From a virus: 64,000 nucleotides of DNA. The notes under the pieces are model-generated. The model was not told the origin of the DNA. It made no database searches and saw only the letters and a program-made list of their open reading frames with translations. Positions 10,929 to 21,178 of the stretch are shown here, one piece after another. Position 1 is the first letter of the stretch; each line of letters opens with the position of its first letter. The stretch lies in the IMG/VR virus record IMGVR_UViG_3300026521_000148, positions 16,351-80,350 of that record; one strand, 5' to 3'. The position numbers and the translations under genes were made by a program.

Positions 10929-11378
10929 CTAACTATTGTGGATATCGATGCAGATATACACTATGTTAATAATATACTGTTTAAATAGTTTAGATCTGAA
11001 AAATAGATAACTATATTCTGGGTAACTAACACTATTAACATATGCGTTTAATAAACTAACTAAGTCCTCTAAAAACTCTTTATAATAAGTATTATAATTA
11101 ATACTCACGCTACCATTACTATCCTTTATGAAATCAATAAGCCGCATTTCCCTAAAACTATCACTCACGTGATAGTCTAAGAGAATGGCTGAGTCTTGGT
11201 TAATTAATAATTGCTTAGTTACACTTTTATAATAGAATATGTTAGGAAACTTACTAGTTATAATAGTTTCCGTTAACCCATCCTTTATTATGTCTTTATC
11301 TTTTATACTACTTAACAACCTATCTACTAATTGTAGACTACCTATGACGTCGTCTAAATTTAGATCTTCATATTTCAT
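10929..11378 (-). CDS. Hypothetical protein
   Basis: 149-aa ORF, divergent from 11435. Confidence 0.65.
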   Translation of the reverse strand: MKYEDLNLDDVIGSLQLVDRLLSSIKDKDIIKDGLTETIITSKFPNIFYYKSVTKQLLINQDSAILLDYHVSDSFREMRLIDFIKDSNGSVSINYNTYYKEFLEDLVSLLNAYVNSVSYPEYSYLFFRSKLFKQYIINIVYICIDIHNS

Positions 11379-11434
11379 TACGGTGCCTTAATCTGGTGTT
11401 TTCAATGAAGAAATTATATTAAAGGAATTATTTT

Positions 11435-11860
11435 ATGGAAAAATTAACTAATCCATATGTTATGTTATTAGACGAGGAGAATAGAGTTTTACAAAAAACT
11501 AGAGCCCTTAGAGAAAAGATAGTAGATACGTTTATAGAGGAAAAGGGGGTCCCTACACGTTCTGGTGATATGCGTGTTGTTAATGAGTTATTAAATAGCT
11601 TAGACACCAACGTTACATCTGTTGTTGATCTTAGACTTAAACATGAAGACACTAAACAATCTGAAGATATGACTGAAGCTATTGTTAATATTTTTAAACA
11701 AATTAATGATAGAGGCAATACCATTGATGTAAAAAATAAACAAATAGATGTAGGTGAAAAAAGTATACCTGATGATGTAGTGCCAGGTGAAGATCTTATA
11801 GAGTATGAAGAATTAGATGTTGATTCTATCATGCCTACTATCGGTAAGGAAGCAAAATGA
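11435..11860 (+). CDS. Hypothetical protein
   Basis: 141 aa, AAGGA RBS, stop overlaps the next start (ATGA). Confidence 0.75.
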   Translation: MEKLTNPYVMLLDEENRVLQKTRALREKIVDTFIEEKGVPTRSGDMRVVNELLNSLDTNVTSVVDLRLKHEDTKQSEDMTEAIVNIFKQINDRGNTIDVKNKQIDVGEKSIPDDVVPGEDLIEYEELDVDSIMPTIGKEAK

Positions 11861-12672
11861 TATTTAATGGTACTAAAACTATGTATAGCGACAGACTTAA
11901 AAACTATATGTCTCTAGGCTTACATTATGAACCACTCATAAATACAACACTTAATGAGACTTTTGTTATAAAACCTAGATATGATTTTAACGATGATAAC
12001 ATACATTATCCAAAGATAAATGTTTTAGTCATAGGCAGTGATAACAATGAACCTAATAAAGAGATAAATAAGTTTAATTTAAGAACGTCACCACATAGCC
12101 CACTTGATGCTAGTCTATTTAACCATATACCTTTTTATTTAAGAAAAGTTAGTGAAGTAGATATGTACCCACCTAGTGATAGGTATGTATTAAGAAAAAA
12201 TATAACTATAAACGAGGAACTATATCTAGCGTGCTATGGTTATAGAATGGACGACATAGTATATAAAGGAGATATAGTTTCTTTTAATAGTATAGATAAA
12301 GATTATGTTAATATCACGAAGATAGATACAAATGATGGTAGATATCTTAATCCTACTCCTAGAGAGAGGATAGAGCTTTATAAGGCACCAGATTATTATC
12401 TTGGTACATTTTTTAAGTTATTCTTCTTTTTTAATAAAGATGAATTAGGAGAGATGTTAAATAGTTTTAAAACATTATATCCAACTAATCCTATAAATCG
12501 TATAACTGAAATGGGTATCTGTAGTAGTATATATTTAGAAGATGATAATGAGGTCGTATGGTGTGGTATAGAATATTTCATAGATACAGATTATAATATA
12601 CAAGACGCTTATGATAAATCTTATTTAGAGTTCTACGTGGAAGTAGGTAACTCAGAAGTTATAAGGGGATGA
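11857..12672 (+). CDS. Putative virion structural (baseplate/tail) protein, phiKZ-like
   Basis: 271 aa; TTLNE...H.P.DASLFNHIPF.LR pattern recalled from phiKZ-like structural proteins; late operon context. Confidence 0.5.
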   Translation: MIFNGTKTMYSDRLKNYMSLGLHYEPLINTTLNETFVIKPRYDFNDDNIHYPKINVLVIGSDNNEPNKEINKFNLRTSPHSPLDASLFNHIPFYLRKVSEVDMYPPSDRYVLRKNITINEELYLACYGYRMDDIVYKGDIVSFNSIDKDYVNITKIDTNDGRYLNPTPRERIELYKAPDYYLGTFFKLFFFFNKDELGEMLNSFKTLYPTNPINRITEMGICSSIYLEDDNEVVWCGIEYFIDTDYNIQDAYDKSYLEFYVEVGNSEVIRG

Positions 12673-12673
12673 T

Positions 12674-13186
12674 ATGCGTTTAGTTAGCGTAGATCCTGGT
12701 ACAGTTACATGTGGAGTTGCTGTATGGGATCTTAATAAAGATTTCACAATAGATAAGATGCGTTCTTTTACTATTTATATAAATGGCGATATGGAACTAG
12801 ACAGACGTATGGGTTTACTTTATAAAATGTTTAAGCAATTTTTTATAGAGGAAGAACCATTTCAATTAGCTCATGAGACAGGCTTCATAAATAGATTTAG
12901 ACCACAAGCATATGGACCAATATACACAACAATTTACCTTATACGAAAAGCATTTTCTGATACTGTATCTGATTATGGTTTATTTGGTTACCCGCCTAAA
13001 ATGGTTAAATCAGTTGTTAGCATTGGTACTGCTGGTAAAGATGATATGCTAGCTGCTGTTACGTCTATAAATGAGTTAAAGTCGTTCATAACAGGTAAAG
13101 AAAGTGAGCACGAGATAGACGCTATTGCTATAGGGTATACACATATATTAAATATAAGAATGTATCCAGAAATTTTATTTATTTAA
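12674..13186 (+). CDS. ruvC: RuvC-like Holliday junction resolvase
   Basis: VSVDPGT..CGVAV, central E (AHE), P.MVK..V..G.AGKDDM, EHEIDAIAIG catalytic pattern. Confidence 0.85.
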   Translation: MRLVSVDPGTVTCGVAVWDLNKDFTIDKMRSFTIYINGDMELDRRMGLLYKMFKQFFIEEEPFQLAHETGFINRFRPQAYGPIYTTIYLIRKAFSDTVSDYGLFGYPPKMVKSVVSIGTAGKDDMLAAVTSINELKSFITGKESEHEIDAIAIGYTHILNIRMYPEILFI

Positions 13187-13199
13187 AAAAAGGAATAAT

Positions 13200-13694
13200 A
13201 TGTTTACAACAATATTGTTTAGCAAAAAACTTAAATATATAGGCTACGTTATTCTTTTCATTATGGTAGCTATTCCTATCGGTATAGTTTTTAATAACCT
13301 ATATACATCTGTTTTACATTTAACAGGCGGTGAAACAAAGGATGAAAAGATACAAAGACTAGAGCATAACCAACAAGTTTATGAAGATAGTATAAAGTCT
13401 ATACAACAAGAACAAGTTATCGAAGCTAAAAAACAACACATCATAACTGAGATACAAGTTACCACTATAAAGGATAAGGTTATCCGTGATAGTTTTAAAG
13501 ATGATGTTAAGAAAACAGTTGCTACTAAGGTAGCTAAAATACAACATAAACAACAATCTACTAAAGCAGAAGAGAAACAGCCTCCTCCTATAACCGAGGT
13601 ACATGACGAGGAACTCTATGATGAAGTAGGAACAGCTTTTATGGATGGTATGGAAAATATATACCTAGAAACGATAAAGGATTACCCAGAATGA
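13200..13694 (+). CDS. Putative inner-membrane spanin (Rz-like)
   Basis: Single N-terminal TM helix then coiled coil; overlaps the downstream lipoprotein gene. Confidence 0.5.
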   Translation: MFTTILFSKKLKYIGYVILFIMVAIPIGIVFNNLYTSVLHLTGGETKDEKIQRLEHNQQVYEDSIKSIQQEQVIEAKKQHIITEIQVTTIKDKVIRDSFKDDVKKTVATKVAKIQHKQQSTKAEEKQPPPITEVHDEELYDEVGTAFMDGMENIYLETIKDYPE

Positions 13695-14017
13695 AAACAC
13701 TAGTACTAATGTTATATGTTTTATTATTTGTAGGGTGTGGTGAGAAGGTCATATATGTACCTAAAACAAAAGTTGTCTATGAAGTAGTTCCAGGTGAACT
13801 ACTTGTGGACGGCGTTAATGTTACTAAACCACCAAATAGAGAAGTATTTGTTAAGGCTGGTCCTATAGAGAGGGAATCTATACTAACTTCAACTATCATA
13901 GAGTTATATAGCGATATAAAAGAATATAAAACAAAATTATATAACATAAGGTTATTTAATAAAAAAATGGAGAAGTTAAGAGATGAAACATATGGAGAAA
14001 CAACTAAGAAACCTTGA
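13691..14017 (+). CDS. Putative outer-membrane spanin lipoprotein (Rz1-like)
   Basis: Signal peptide with lipobox LFVG-C; Pro-containing mature part; ATGA overlap with the Rz-like gene. Confidence 0.55.
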   Translation: MKTLVLMLYVLLFVGCGEKVIYVPKTKVVYEVVPGELLVDGVNVTKPPNREVFVKAGPIERESILTSTIIELYSDIKEYKTKLYNIRLFNKKMEKLRDETYGETTKKP

Positions 14018-15020
14018 TCTATCTAAGATACATTTTCATTCATATGGCATAGTGGCTATGGATAATGTAGATAACGAGAAAGAGATAAAGGTATTTCCTG
14101 TAGAGAAGCTATATTTAGAGAATGGTGAAACTATAGTTAAGAATGGTAGTATAACTCAAGATGAGGATTACAAACCAACTACGTATACTGTAAAAGAAAA
14201 GATACTTACTACTATACCAGAAGATATAGAACCTAGACACATCATAAAGGAAGAGGCCTTATCGTTAGTTAAGACCAAGTACCTATATAGTACGTGGTTA
14301 AATATAAATAACCCAAATAGATACACGCCACCTAATGTTTGTTTAGGAGAGAAGGTTATTATTTATAAATATGGTAATAGTGATAGATATTTCTGGGATA
14401 CATTAGGTTTTGAATTAAACTTAAGAAAAGAGGATCATGTTGTAGATGTTTACAGTGATAAACCAGAAATAAATGAAGATGATGTCGCCAATAATGTAGA
14501 GGAAGATTTAGAAGATACATATTACATTATGAAATCTCCTAAAAATAAAATAGTTAAATTACATACTACTGATAAGTATGGAGAACTAACAACCTATGAT
14601 ATAACGTTAAATACTAAAGATGGCACATTAGAGGTATTAGATGGTAAAGGTAATTATATACTATTAGATAGTGATAAAGATACCTACACCACTAATATAA
14701 ATAAAGACCTCATAGATACGGTTGGTAACGATAGGATCTCAGATATAAAAAATGATGAAAATATAACTATAGGTAACGAAAGAAAAACGGACATAGCTAA
14801 AAATGATACTGAAACAATAGGTGATACAAAAACTATATCTCTTAAGAAAATAGCTATAAAGAATGATACGACTGAACTTATATCGTTGTTATCCGAATAT
14901 ATAGCTACACATATAACAGAACAACATATAGGCAATTTAGGAATACCTACTGTACTGACAGGTGATTTCATAAGTAAGTACCAAGATATAAAATCTAGGT
15001 TAGATACATTAAAGGTTTAA
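13983..15020 (+). CDS. Baseplate central spike / gp5-gpV-like protein
   Basis: OB-fold-like N-terminus (W...PPNV..GEKV..Y), 8-residue beta-helix repeats (TVGNDRIS/TIGNERKT/TIGDTKTI), tip motif HIGNLGIPT. Confidence 0.65.
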   Translation: MKHMEKQLRNLDLSKIHFHSYGIVAMDNVDNEKEIKVFPVEKLYLENGETIVKNGSITQDEDYKPTTYTVKEKILTTIPEDIEPRHIIKEEALSLVKTKYLYSTWLNINNPNRYTPPNVCLGEKVIIYKYGNSDRYFWDTLGFELNLRKEDHVVDVYSDKPEINEDDVANNVEEDLEDTYYIMKSPKNKIVKLHTTDKYGELTTYDITLNTKDGTLEVLDGKGNYILLDSDKDTYTTNINKDLIDTVGNDRISDIKNDENITIGNERKTDIAKNDTETIGDTKTISLKKIAIKNDTTELISLLSEYIATHITEQHIGNLGIPTVLTGDFISKYQDIKSRLDTLKV

Positions 15021-15022
15021 AA

Positions 15023-15514
15023 ATGGACGCAAATAACCCAGCTACATTAATAGCTAGTGAATACAAACATATATGCGAAATAGGAGAAGCCGACAGTACA
15101 ACTCTTTTAACCTTAATGGCTGTAGCTCTAGATACTGAGTTTCAGAAAGGTTTAGTGTCTATGAAAAATGTCGATATAACCCCACCTACCGATAGTTTAA
15201 AATTTACAGCACAAAGTAATCCTTCTGATAATGCTCGACATATAGCGGAACAAGTTACATCATATTGGTTACAAACAATAACACCTACAGGTATACCACA
15301 ATCGTGTGATAGTATAACTGGCGTTAGTAATGATGCTAGTAAAATAAAAGACCCTATAGAAAGTAATCTATTAAGTATCTATAACGGTAGTATCTTAACG
15401 CCAAGTTTTTATCATTTCTGTGACGCTATTATAAAAGAAGTAAAAAAAATAACATGGGTAGTAAACGAAGCTAGTAGTAAATGTGCTACAACATTCACTG
15501 TAACGATATCATGA
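15023..15514 (+). CDS. Hypothetical protein, probably structural
   Basis: 163-aa ORF directly after the spike gene. Confidence 0.65.
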   Translation: MDANNPATLIASEYKHICEIGEADSTTLLTLMAVALDTEFQKGLVSMKNVDITPPTDSLKFTAQSNPSDNARHIAEQVTSYWLQTITPTGIPQSCDSITGVSNDASKIKDPIESNLLSIYNGSILTPSFYHFCDAIIKEVKKITWVVNEASSKCATTFTVTIS

Positions 15515-15536
15515 AGAGTAAATACTCTTCATGATA
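15507..15536. terminator. Hairpin between convergent genes
   Basis: TATCATGAAGAGTA-AA-TACTCTTCATGATA. Confidence 0.65.
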
Positions 15537-15537
15537 G

Positions 15538-16206
15538 CTACCCTTTTACACTCACCATATAGTCTTTAAGATATTCTGTTAACTCTAGCTGGAACCGCTC
15601 GTATTCATCTTTATACAATTCTTTGTATTTACTATCATTCTCCCATAGATAACCATTTACACCAAACTTATCTCTTAAGTGATTAACAACATCATCTACT
15701 GTCCTGTTCTTAGCTTTATTATATTCTAAAGTTCTATTAAGAACATCTTCGAATATAGGCTTACCTTTATCAGCAGCTCTTATTAGCGTTATGTAGTCCA
15801 CGTCTATAGGGAATGTATCATAATCTATCTTAATACTGGCTCTATGGTATAGGACCATATTAGCTATAGTTGTTATCTCGCTACAATCAAGATCCCATGT
15901 GTGCTCAACCACGGGACACTCATTATCAACAGCAACCATCGTTTCTATAACATAACGATACGCCTTAATGTTATGTATATCTCTATATTCATCATTAGAG
16001 AATATATCATGTAGATATACACCTAAAAACGATACTTTGCGATTTAGTTCATAATTAAATTTGTTAGCTAACCTACAAAACTCAGACCACACGTTATCAA
16101 CATGATCTATTTGGTGTGCTTTATCATTTTTTATATAGAACTCGTTTATTAGGTATTCTCTAACGACATTCTCTTCTTTTGTTAATTTAACATCTAAATT
16201 AGCCAT
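15538..16206 (-). CDS. HD-domain phosphohydrolase
   Basis: H...H, LHD, H..., HR.S, AAD motif order. Confidence 0.8.
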   Translation of the reverse strand: MANLDVKLTKEENVVREYLINEFYIKNDKAHQIDHVDNVWSEFCRLANKFNYELNRKVSFLGVYLHDIFSNDEYRDIHNIKAYRYVIETMVAVDNECPVVEHTWDLDCSEITTIANMVLYHRASIKIDYDTFPIDVDYITLIRAADKGKPIFEDVLNRTLEYNKAKNRTVDDVVNHLRDKFGVNGYLWENDSKYKELYKDEYERFQLELTEYLKDYMVSVKG

Positions 16207-16230
16207 ACTTCTTTCCTTTTATATAATAAT

Positions 16231-16262
16231 ATTAGTACACTGTACTATATAAATAATATATA
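16231..16262 (-). promoter_or_regulatory. Putative early (vRNAP) promoter with 5' hairpin
   Basis: Minus strand TATATTATTTATATAGTACAGTGTACTAAT; one of 8 copies upstream of minus-strand genes. Confidence 0.7.
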
Positions 16263-16277
16263 AGTTAAAATATATAG

Positions 16278-16308
16278 ATATACAGTAGGATTTAATCCTA
16301 CTGTATAT
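16278..16308. terminator. Hairpin terminator
   Basis: ATATACAGTAGGA-TTTAA-TCCTACTGTATAT at the stop of 16308..17288. Confidence 0.7.
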
Positions 16309-17288
16309 TATTTAAATACGTTTAAAAGTATATTGTAGCCTTCTTTAAAAGAACTAGCTACACTATCTGTTATAGATTTATCCTCATCTTCCATCTCTAT
16401 CATTTTGATAGTAGCTACTAACATATCTACTAACTGGTAATATAAATAAAAAAGGAACGCTACTGCCGTTAACATCTTAGCCATATTACCGATATACATA
16501 CTTATCTTTTTTATATCATCTTTACTTATAGAGGCTTTCTTACTTTTTATAATGTCATAAAGAAGATCTAATTTACTATTTATCTCTTCATTAAGTTCAT
16601 AGATTCTTTCTAAGTTTTCCATTCTATAAACGTTACCTAATTTTAAAGTTAAGTTTATAGTTTCATTAAGTTCTCTAAAATTTTTAGTTAGTCTCTTTAA
16701 CTCCACTCTATCCTTAAGTAACTTATCATGTGTTACTGTGTCTAAAGATTTGTTAATGTTTTTAACATTTGAAGCTAAAGCGGATACTTCATCTTTATCT
16801 ACATTAACATTTAATTCATCTTTTTTACTATCTAATAAACTATCTAAGAAATTTATAAACCTATTCATAGAGTCTTCTAACCCGTTGACATAACTACTAT
16901 TAGCAGCTAATAGTTCCATCAACTCTTTATACGTTAACTTAAGTCCTAATATAACAGGAGCTTTCCTATTCTCCACGCTATGGAACTTTATTCTGTCGCT
17001 AACTTTTATAAATGTAGGTCTAGCTTTATGTAAGTTAGTAATAGAAGGTGTCTTAGTTTTATACTCCATAAGGTCTTCTATAAAGATATTTGTATTTTGA
17101 AAGAATCCCATAACACCTTTAATGCTATTTTCAAAAGCTTTATCTATTTTATAAAGAGTTTTGTCTAGTAGTTCAAAACCTTCATTCCCGACATCTATAT
17201 CTTCATTACCAACAAGATCTTTTATAAGCCCAGTTGAAACTTCATCAACTTTTTTACTATACATATTGTATACATTACTAGTAAACAT
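16308..17288 (-). CDS. Putative internal head protein (processed)
   Basis: 326 aa helical; G-N-E near residue 35 fits the S/A/G-x-E prohead-protease site of phiKZ-like phages; next to SbcC as in phiKZ. Confidence 0.4.
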   Translation of the reverse strand: MFTSNVYNMYSKKVDEVSTGLIKDLVGNEDIDVGNEGFELLDKTLYKIDKAFENSIKGVMGFFQNTNIFIEDLMEYKTKTPSITNLHKARPTFIKVSDRIKFHSVENRKAPVILGLKLTYKELMELLAANSSYVNGLEDSMNRFINFLDSLLDSKKDELNVNVDKDEVSALASNVKNINKSLDTVTHDKLLKDRVELKRLTKNFRELNETINLTLKLGNVYRMENLERIYELNEEINSKLDLLYDIIKSKKASISKDDIKKISMYIGNMAKMLTAVAFLFYLYYQLVDMLVATIKMIEMEDEDKSITDSVASSFKEGYNILLNVFK

Positions 17289-17376
17289 CGTTATCCTTTG
17301 CTATAATTTCAACAGATGTATTACTATATAGTTAATTTACACATATAAACAATTAACTGAATTTTAGGAGTAAGAT

Positions 17377-19788
17377 ATGAAATTAATAAGTTTAGAATTA
17401 AAAAATTATACAAGACTTTATGTATCAGGTATAAAACATATTATATACACACCAGAAACATCGTTTAATATTATACTTGGTAGAAATGGTTCCGGTAAAT
17501 CATCTCTAGTTAAGGAGATGTTCCCGAATGTAGATGAACTTAAAAATGACTACGGTAAAGGCGGTTATAAGATACTTAGACTTGAACATAATAGTAATAA
17601 GTATGTTATAAGTTATAATAGAGATAATAACAAACATAGTTTTATAGTTAACGATGAAGAACTTAATAAACAGTATATACAGAAGACACAGAAGATATTG
17701 ATAGAACAACATTTTAAACTTAATAAACATATATACGAGATGTTATTGTCTACTAATAACTTTACATCTATGTCTGTATCAGAAAGAAAGAGATGGTTCA
17801 CAGATATATTAACAACCGTAGATTATGATTACGCACTTAACCTGTATAATAAAACTAAAGTTAGACTTAAAGAATTAACTTCATTTATGAAATTAGTGCA
17901 AGCTAAACTCATGAAGAATTCAGACCTTATGAAGGAATTAACTCCTGAATATATAAAAGGTCTAGAAACAGAGAAAGAGATGTTGTATAAACTAGTCGAC
18001 CATATGTTATCTATGAAAAGTAATGAACAACAGATGCAACCAGTTAATATCAATCTTTTAGAACAGAAAGTGAATGAATTAGAACATTATATGTCTAAAA
18101 TAGAACAAGGTAAGAATAAAGAGTTTTATAATAGAGAAATCTTTTCACTATTAAAACAACGTGATGATATACGTGAAAGAAGTAAAAAAATACAACAACA
18201 ACTATCTAAAATAGATGAACTTAAAATAGATAAAGGTGTTTCTTTAAAAGATTTAGAAGAAGAGAAAAATAGTCTATTATCTAAAATAAAAGAGTTACTT
18301 GTTAGATACGATGTTAATGATATAGATGAACTAATATTAGAGACGTCTTCATATAGAAATTCGTATAACTCATTGTTAATGAAAGCTGAGAGTATACAGC
18401 CATTAGTTAGTTATCATAGTACAGATGTAAGTAAGTTAAGAGATTTATTAAAACATAAAGAAGGTAAGTTATCATTACTATCTGAACAGTTTATAAAACT
18501 AGATAAAGAATTTATGTTACTAAGTTCTTTTAAAGAGCAGCCCGATGTAACATGTCCATCTTGTTCTAACATATTTAAACCTAACTTTGATAATGGTAAA
18601 TATATTAAACTTAAGGAAGAGATAAGTAAGATATATAAAGAAAAAGAAAAGATAACAGAAGAATATGAAACTATCAAGTTTCAGTTAGAACAGACTCTTG
18701 ATCTAAATAATACGTTAGATAGTCTAACAGATGAGCTAGATAGTTGTTGTAAACATATGAAAAAACGTTTAGAACCTCTTATAACAGAACATATCGTATC
18801 TATATTTAGTTCTACTTTAGCTGTACTACCAGATTATAACGAACTGCTATCTTTAAGAGATAAGTTAGCAGAATTAGATAGTAAAATAAACGTTTATAAA
18901 AAACTATCTTCTGAAAAGCTAGATTTCATAGCTAATAGAAAGAAAGAACTTATAGATGAGCATATATCCAATATACACAAGATAGAAAGTATAAATAATA
19001 CTATAGATAGTTATAAGTTAAAGTTAAAACAACTGGACACAATAATATCACTACAAACTGACATATCTTCATTAATCAGGAGACAACATAAATATAAACT
19101 TAACGTACGGGAGGTAGAGTTTAATAGATATATAAACAATGTTGTTTTAGAACTTAAGAGAGATATAACTGATATAGAAACTAAACTATTAGAATTTGAT
19201 AGGCTTAAGTCTAATAGTGAAGAGTTAGAGTTAGAGTTAAAAGAATATGAGATTAAACTTAAAAGCGTTAAAGAGTTAGAGAAACTATTATCACCGACTA
19301 AGGGTTTAATAGGCGAATCTATAAATACAACTATGAACTCTATACTTAACAGAATGAATGAGATCATTAATAAAGTATGGTCTTATGAAATAGATATATT
19401 ACCATGTGATATAAATGAAAGTGATTTAACATTTAGATTCCCTGTTAATATTAATAGCGCTAAAATCATACCCGATATAAGTAAAGGTAGTAGCTCTATA
19501 AAAGATATCATAGACTTAGCATTTAAAATAACAGCTATGGAATTCTTAGAGTTACTAGATTACCCTCTTATCCTAGATGAGTTAGGTAGTACATTTTCAG
19601 TTAGTCATAGAGTTAGTGTATATGATTTTGTAGACGAGTTAAGTAAAGGTTATTTTAATCAGGTATTTATGATAAGCCATTTTGACGATATGTTTGGTAG
19701 ATTTAAAAATACAGATGTTATTGTATTAGACAATGATGGTATAAACTTTACAGGTACGCATAATAAAATCATAGAGATAAAAAGATAA
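17377..19788 (+). CDS. sbcC: SbcC/Rad50-like SMC ATPase
   Basis: Walker A GRNGSGKSS, long coiled coil with CPSC zinc hook, Walker B LILDE, H-loop MISH. Confidence 0.9.
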   Translation: MKLISLELKNYTRLYVSGIKHIIYTPETSFNIILGRNGSGKSSLVKEMFPNVDELKNDYGKGGYKILRLEHNSNKYVISYNRDNNKHSFIVNDEELNKQYIQKTQKILIEQHFKLNKHIYEMLLSTNNFTSMSVSERKRWFTDILTTVDYDYALNLYNKTKVRLKELTSFMKLVQAKLMKNSDLMKELTPEYIKGLETEKEMLYKLVDHMLSMKSNEQQMQPVNINLLEQKVNELEHYMSKIEQGKNKEFYNREIFSLLKQRDDIRERSKKIQQQLSKIDELKIDKGVSLKDLEEEKNSLLSKIKELLVRYDVNDIDELILETSSYRNSYNSLLMKAESIQPLVSYHSTDVSKLRDLLKHKEGKLSLLSEQFIKLDKEFMLLSSFKEQPDVTCPSCSNIFKPNFDNGKYIKLKEEISKIYKEKEKITEEYETIKFQLEQTLDLNNTLDSLTDELDSCCKHMKKRLEPLITEHIVSIFSSTLAVLPDYNELLSLRDKLAELDSKINVYKKLSSEKLDFIANRKKELIDEHISNIHKIESINNTIDSYKLKLKQLDTIISLQTDISSLIRRQHKYKLNVREVEFNRYINNVVLELKRDITDIETKLLEFDRLKSNSEELELELKEYEIKLKSVKELEKLLSPTKGLIGESINTTMNSILNRMNEIINKVWSYEIDILPCDINESDLTFRFPVNINSAKIIPDISKGSSSIKDIIDLAFKITAMEFLELLDYPLILDELGSTFSVSHRVSVYDFVDELSKGYFNQVFMISHFDDMFGRFKNTDVIVLDNDGINFTGTHNKIIEIKR

Positions 19789-19816
19789 GATATACTAGCT
19801 ACGCTAGTATATCTTA
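19786..19816. terminator. Hairpin between convergent genes, overlapping both stop codons
   Basis: TAAGATATACTAGC-TAC-GCTAGTATATCTTA. Confidence 0.65.
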
Positions 19817-20265
19817 CATATTTCATATGGTAAATTATTAAGAACGACTATTTTGTTATTGTTTCTATACATTATATAATTGTTTAGTTCATCTGTTACA
19901 ACGATATTTACGTATTCAGGATCTTCTCTACTGTTAACATTATATTCTATACATAGTTTATTATCATCTACATGATGCCATCTGATTACAGGCTTATAAA
20001 GAATTATGACATTATCAAATTTATCTATAACTAATCCAGATTGTGAAACTATCTGCTCTTCTTCGAAATATTTTACCTCTCCTTTATACAATGTTTCTAA
20101 TAATAAATCTGGTCGTTTTTCATATGTTGTTACCTTATATAATCTTTCTAAGGTATCATCATGTATATCTAATTCATCTTTAGATTTTATAATACCTAAC
20201 CTACCATTAGATATAACCAATAATATGTTATATTCATCTTCTTTTAATAACGCTACCTTATACAT
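19804..20265 (-). CDS. Hypothetical protein
   Basis: 153 aa, AAGGAG RBS. Confidence 0.7.
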   Translation of the reverse strand: MYKVALLKEDEYNILLVISNGRLGIIKSKDELDIHDDTLERLYKVTTYEKRPDLLLETLYKGEVKYFEEEQIVSQSGLVIDKFDNVIILYKPVIRWHHVDDNKLCIEYNVNSREDPEYVNIVVTDELNNYIMYRNNNKIVVLNNLPYEICKIY

Positions 20266-20333
20266 ATTAACTCCTTTTATTCAAAAGAAAAAAGCGTATA
20301 GTAATTTATATATGCTTTTGATACACAAATGCA

Positions 20334-20361
20334 TAGTATAGCGCGATATCGCGCTATACTA
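20334..20361. terminator. Palindromic hairpin terminator
   Basis: TAGTATAGCGCGA-TA-TCGCGCTATACTA. Confidence 0.7.
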
Positions 20362-20377
20362 CATTCTACACTATAAT

Positions 20378-20695
20378 TTAATATCGGCGTATCAGTCTTT
20401 TAAAGATTCTGTATTTCACCCATATCCTATGTTCCAATAATTCTTCTAGGCTATCGTATTTATAACTTGGCTCACCTATAGATGTTCCTAAGTTCTCAAT
20501 TTTTAAACATCTATTACGTGTGTAAAAATATACATTCTTATCCAGTTTTGCTATGTACAGTTTATAGAAATAATATTTTCTACACATCTCACATCCGCCA
20601 TTGATGCCTATCATATATAGCCTGTCATCATTCTGTTTTGGTGTGAATACTACTAATAATAGAAACATAATGGTACCAATTATAAAATAATCCAT
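20378..20695 (-). CDS. Hypothetical membrane-anchored protein
   Basis: 105 aa, hydrophobic N-terminus, CxxC, GGAG RBS. Confidence 0.65.
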   Translation of the reverse strand: MDYFIIGTIMFLLLVVFTPKQNDDRLYMIGINGGCEMCRKYYFYKLYIAKLDKNVYFYTRNRCLKIENLGTSIGEPSYKYDSLEELLEHRIWVKYRIFKRLIRRY

Positions 20696-20707
20696 GTTTA
20701 CTCCATT

Positions 20708-20869
20708 CTATTTATCGATATCATAATACCCATACGTAACTATGGTTAAAAATAACTGAGTCTCTGTGTATTCAGGGTGCGTTACTCTTAAGTATATATT
20801 ACCTATCATAATGTAACCTACAAAAGCAATAGCTACCAGCGTTACTAATGCGTCTTTAATCTTTTCCAT
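20708..20869 (-). CDS. Small membrane protein (53 aa)
   Basis: Read by hand: MEKIKDALVTLVAIAFVGYIMIGNIYLRV...; AAGGA RBS; directly after an early promoter motif. Confidence 0.6.
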   Translation of the reverse strand: MEKIKDALVTLVAIAFVGYIMIGNIYLRVTHPEYTETQLFLTIVTYGYYDIDK

Positions 20870-20890
20870 GATTCTTCCTTATTTACTTTT

Positions 20891-20920
20891 ATTAGTACAC
20901 TGTACTATTTTAATAATATA
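20891..20920 (-). promoter_or_regulatory. Putative early promoter with 5' hairpin
   Basis: Minus strand TATATTATTAAAATAGTACAGTGTACTAAT. Confidence 0.7.
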
Positions 20921-20938
20921 AAAATAAAAAAGATTAGA

Positions 20939-20966
20939 ATGTATGGTGGGACATCCCACCATACAT
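20939..20966 (-). terminator. Terminator of the nvRNAP beta' gene
   Basis: ATGTATGGTGGGA-CA-TCCCACCATACAT followed by a T-rich tract on the minus strand. Confidence 0.75.
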
Positions 20967-21178
20967 CACATTTCTAATATTTGTTTATACACAGGACAAT
21001 CTGGATCATCCTCTTCTACTTTACTAAGATAATTCATTAATGTTAATGAACTTGTTTTAGGTAAGTTAAGGTTACCGCTTATCTTGTAAATATCTAGAGC
21101 AGGTAGATTGTTGTGTGGTGCGAACACCTCTGCTAACTCTACTAGTCTATTACTAAGTAATAAGGCAAAGTTTAATTC
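20966..21178 (-). CDS. Non-virion RNAP beta' subunit (phiKZ gp55/56.1-like), exon 4
   Basis: ELNFALLLSNRLVELAEVFAPHNNL...; begins right after the intron terminal G (21179); completes NMDFDGD-E. Confidence 0.88.
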   Translation of the reverse strand, partial: ELNFALLLSNRLVELAEVFAPHNNLPALDIYKISGNLNLPKTSSLTLMNYLSKVEEDDPDCPVYKQILEM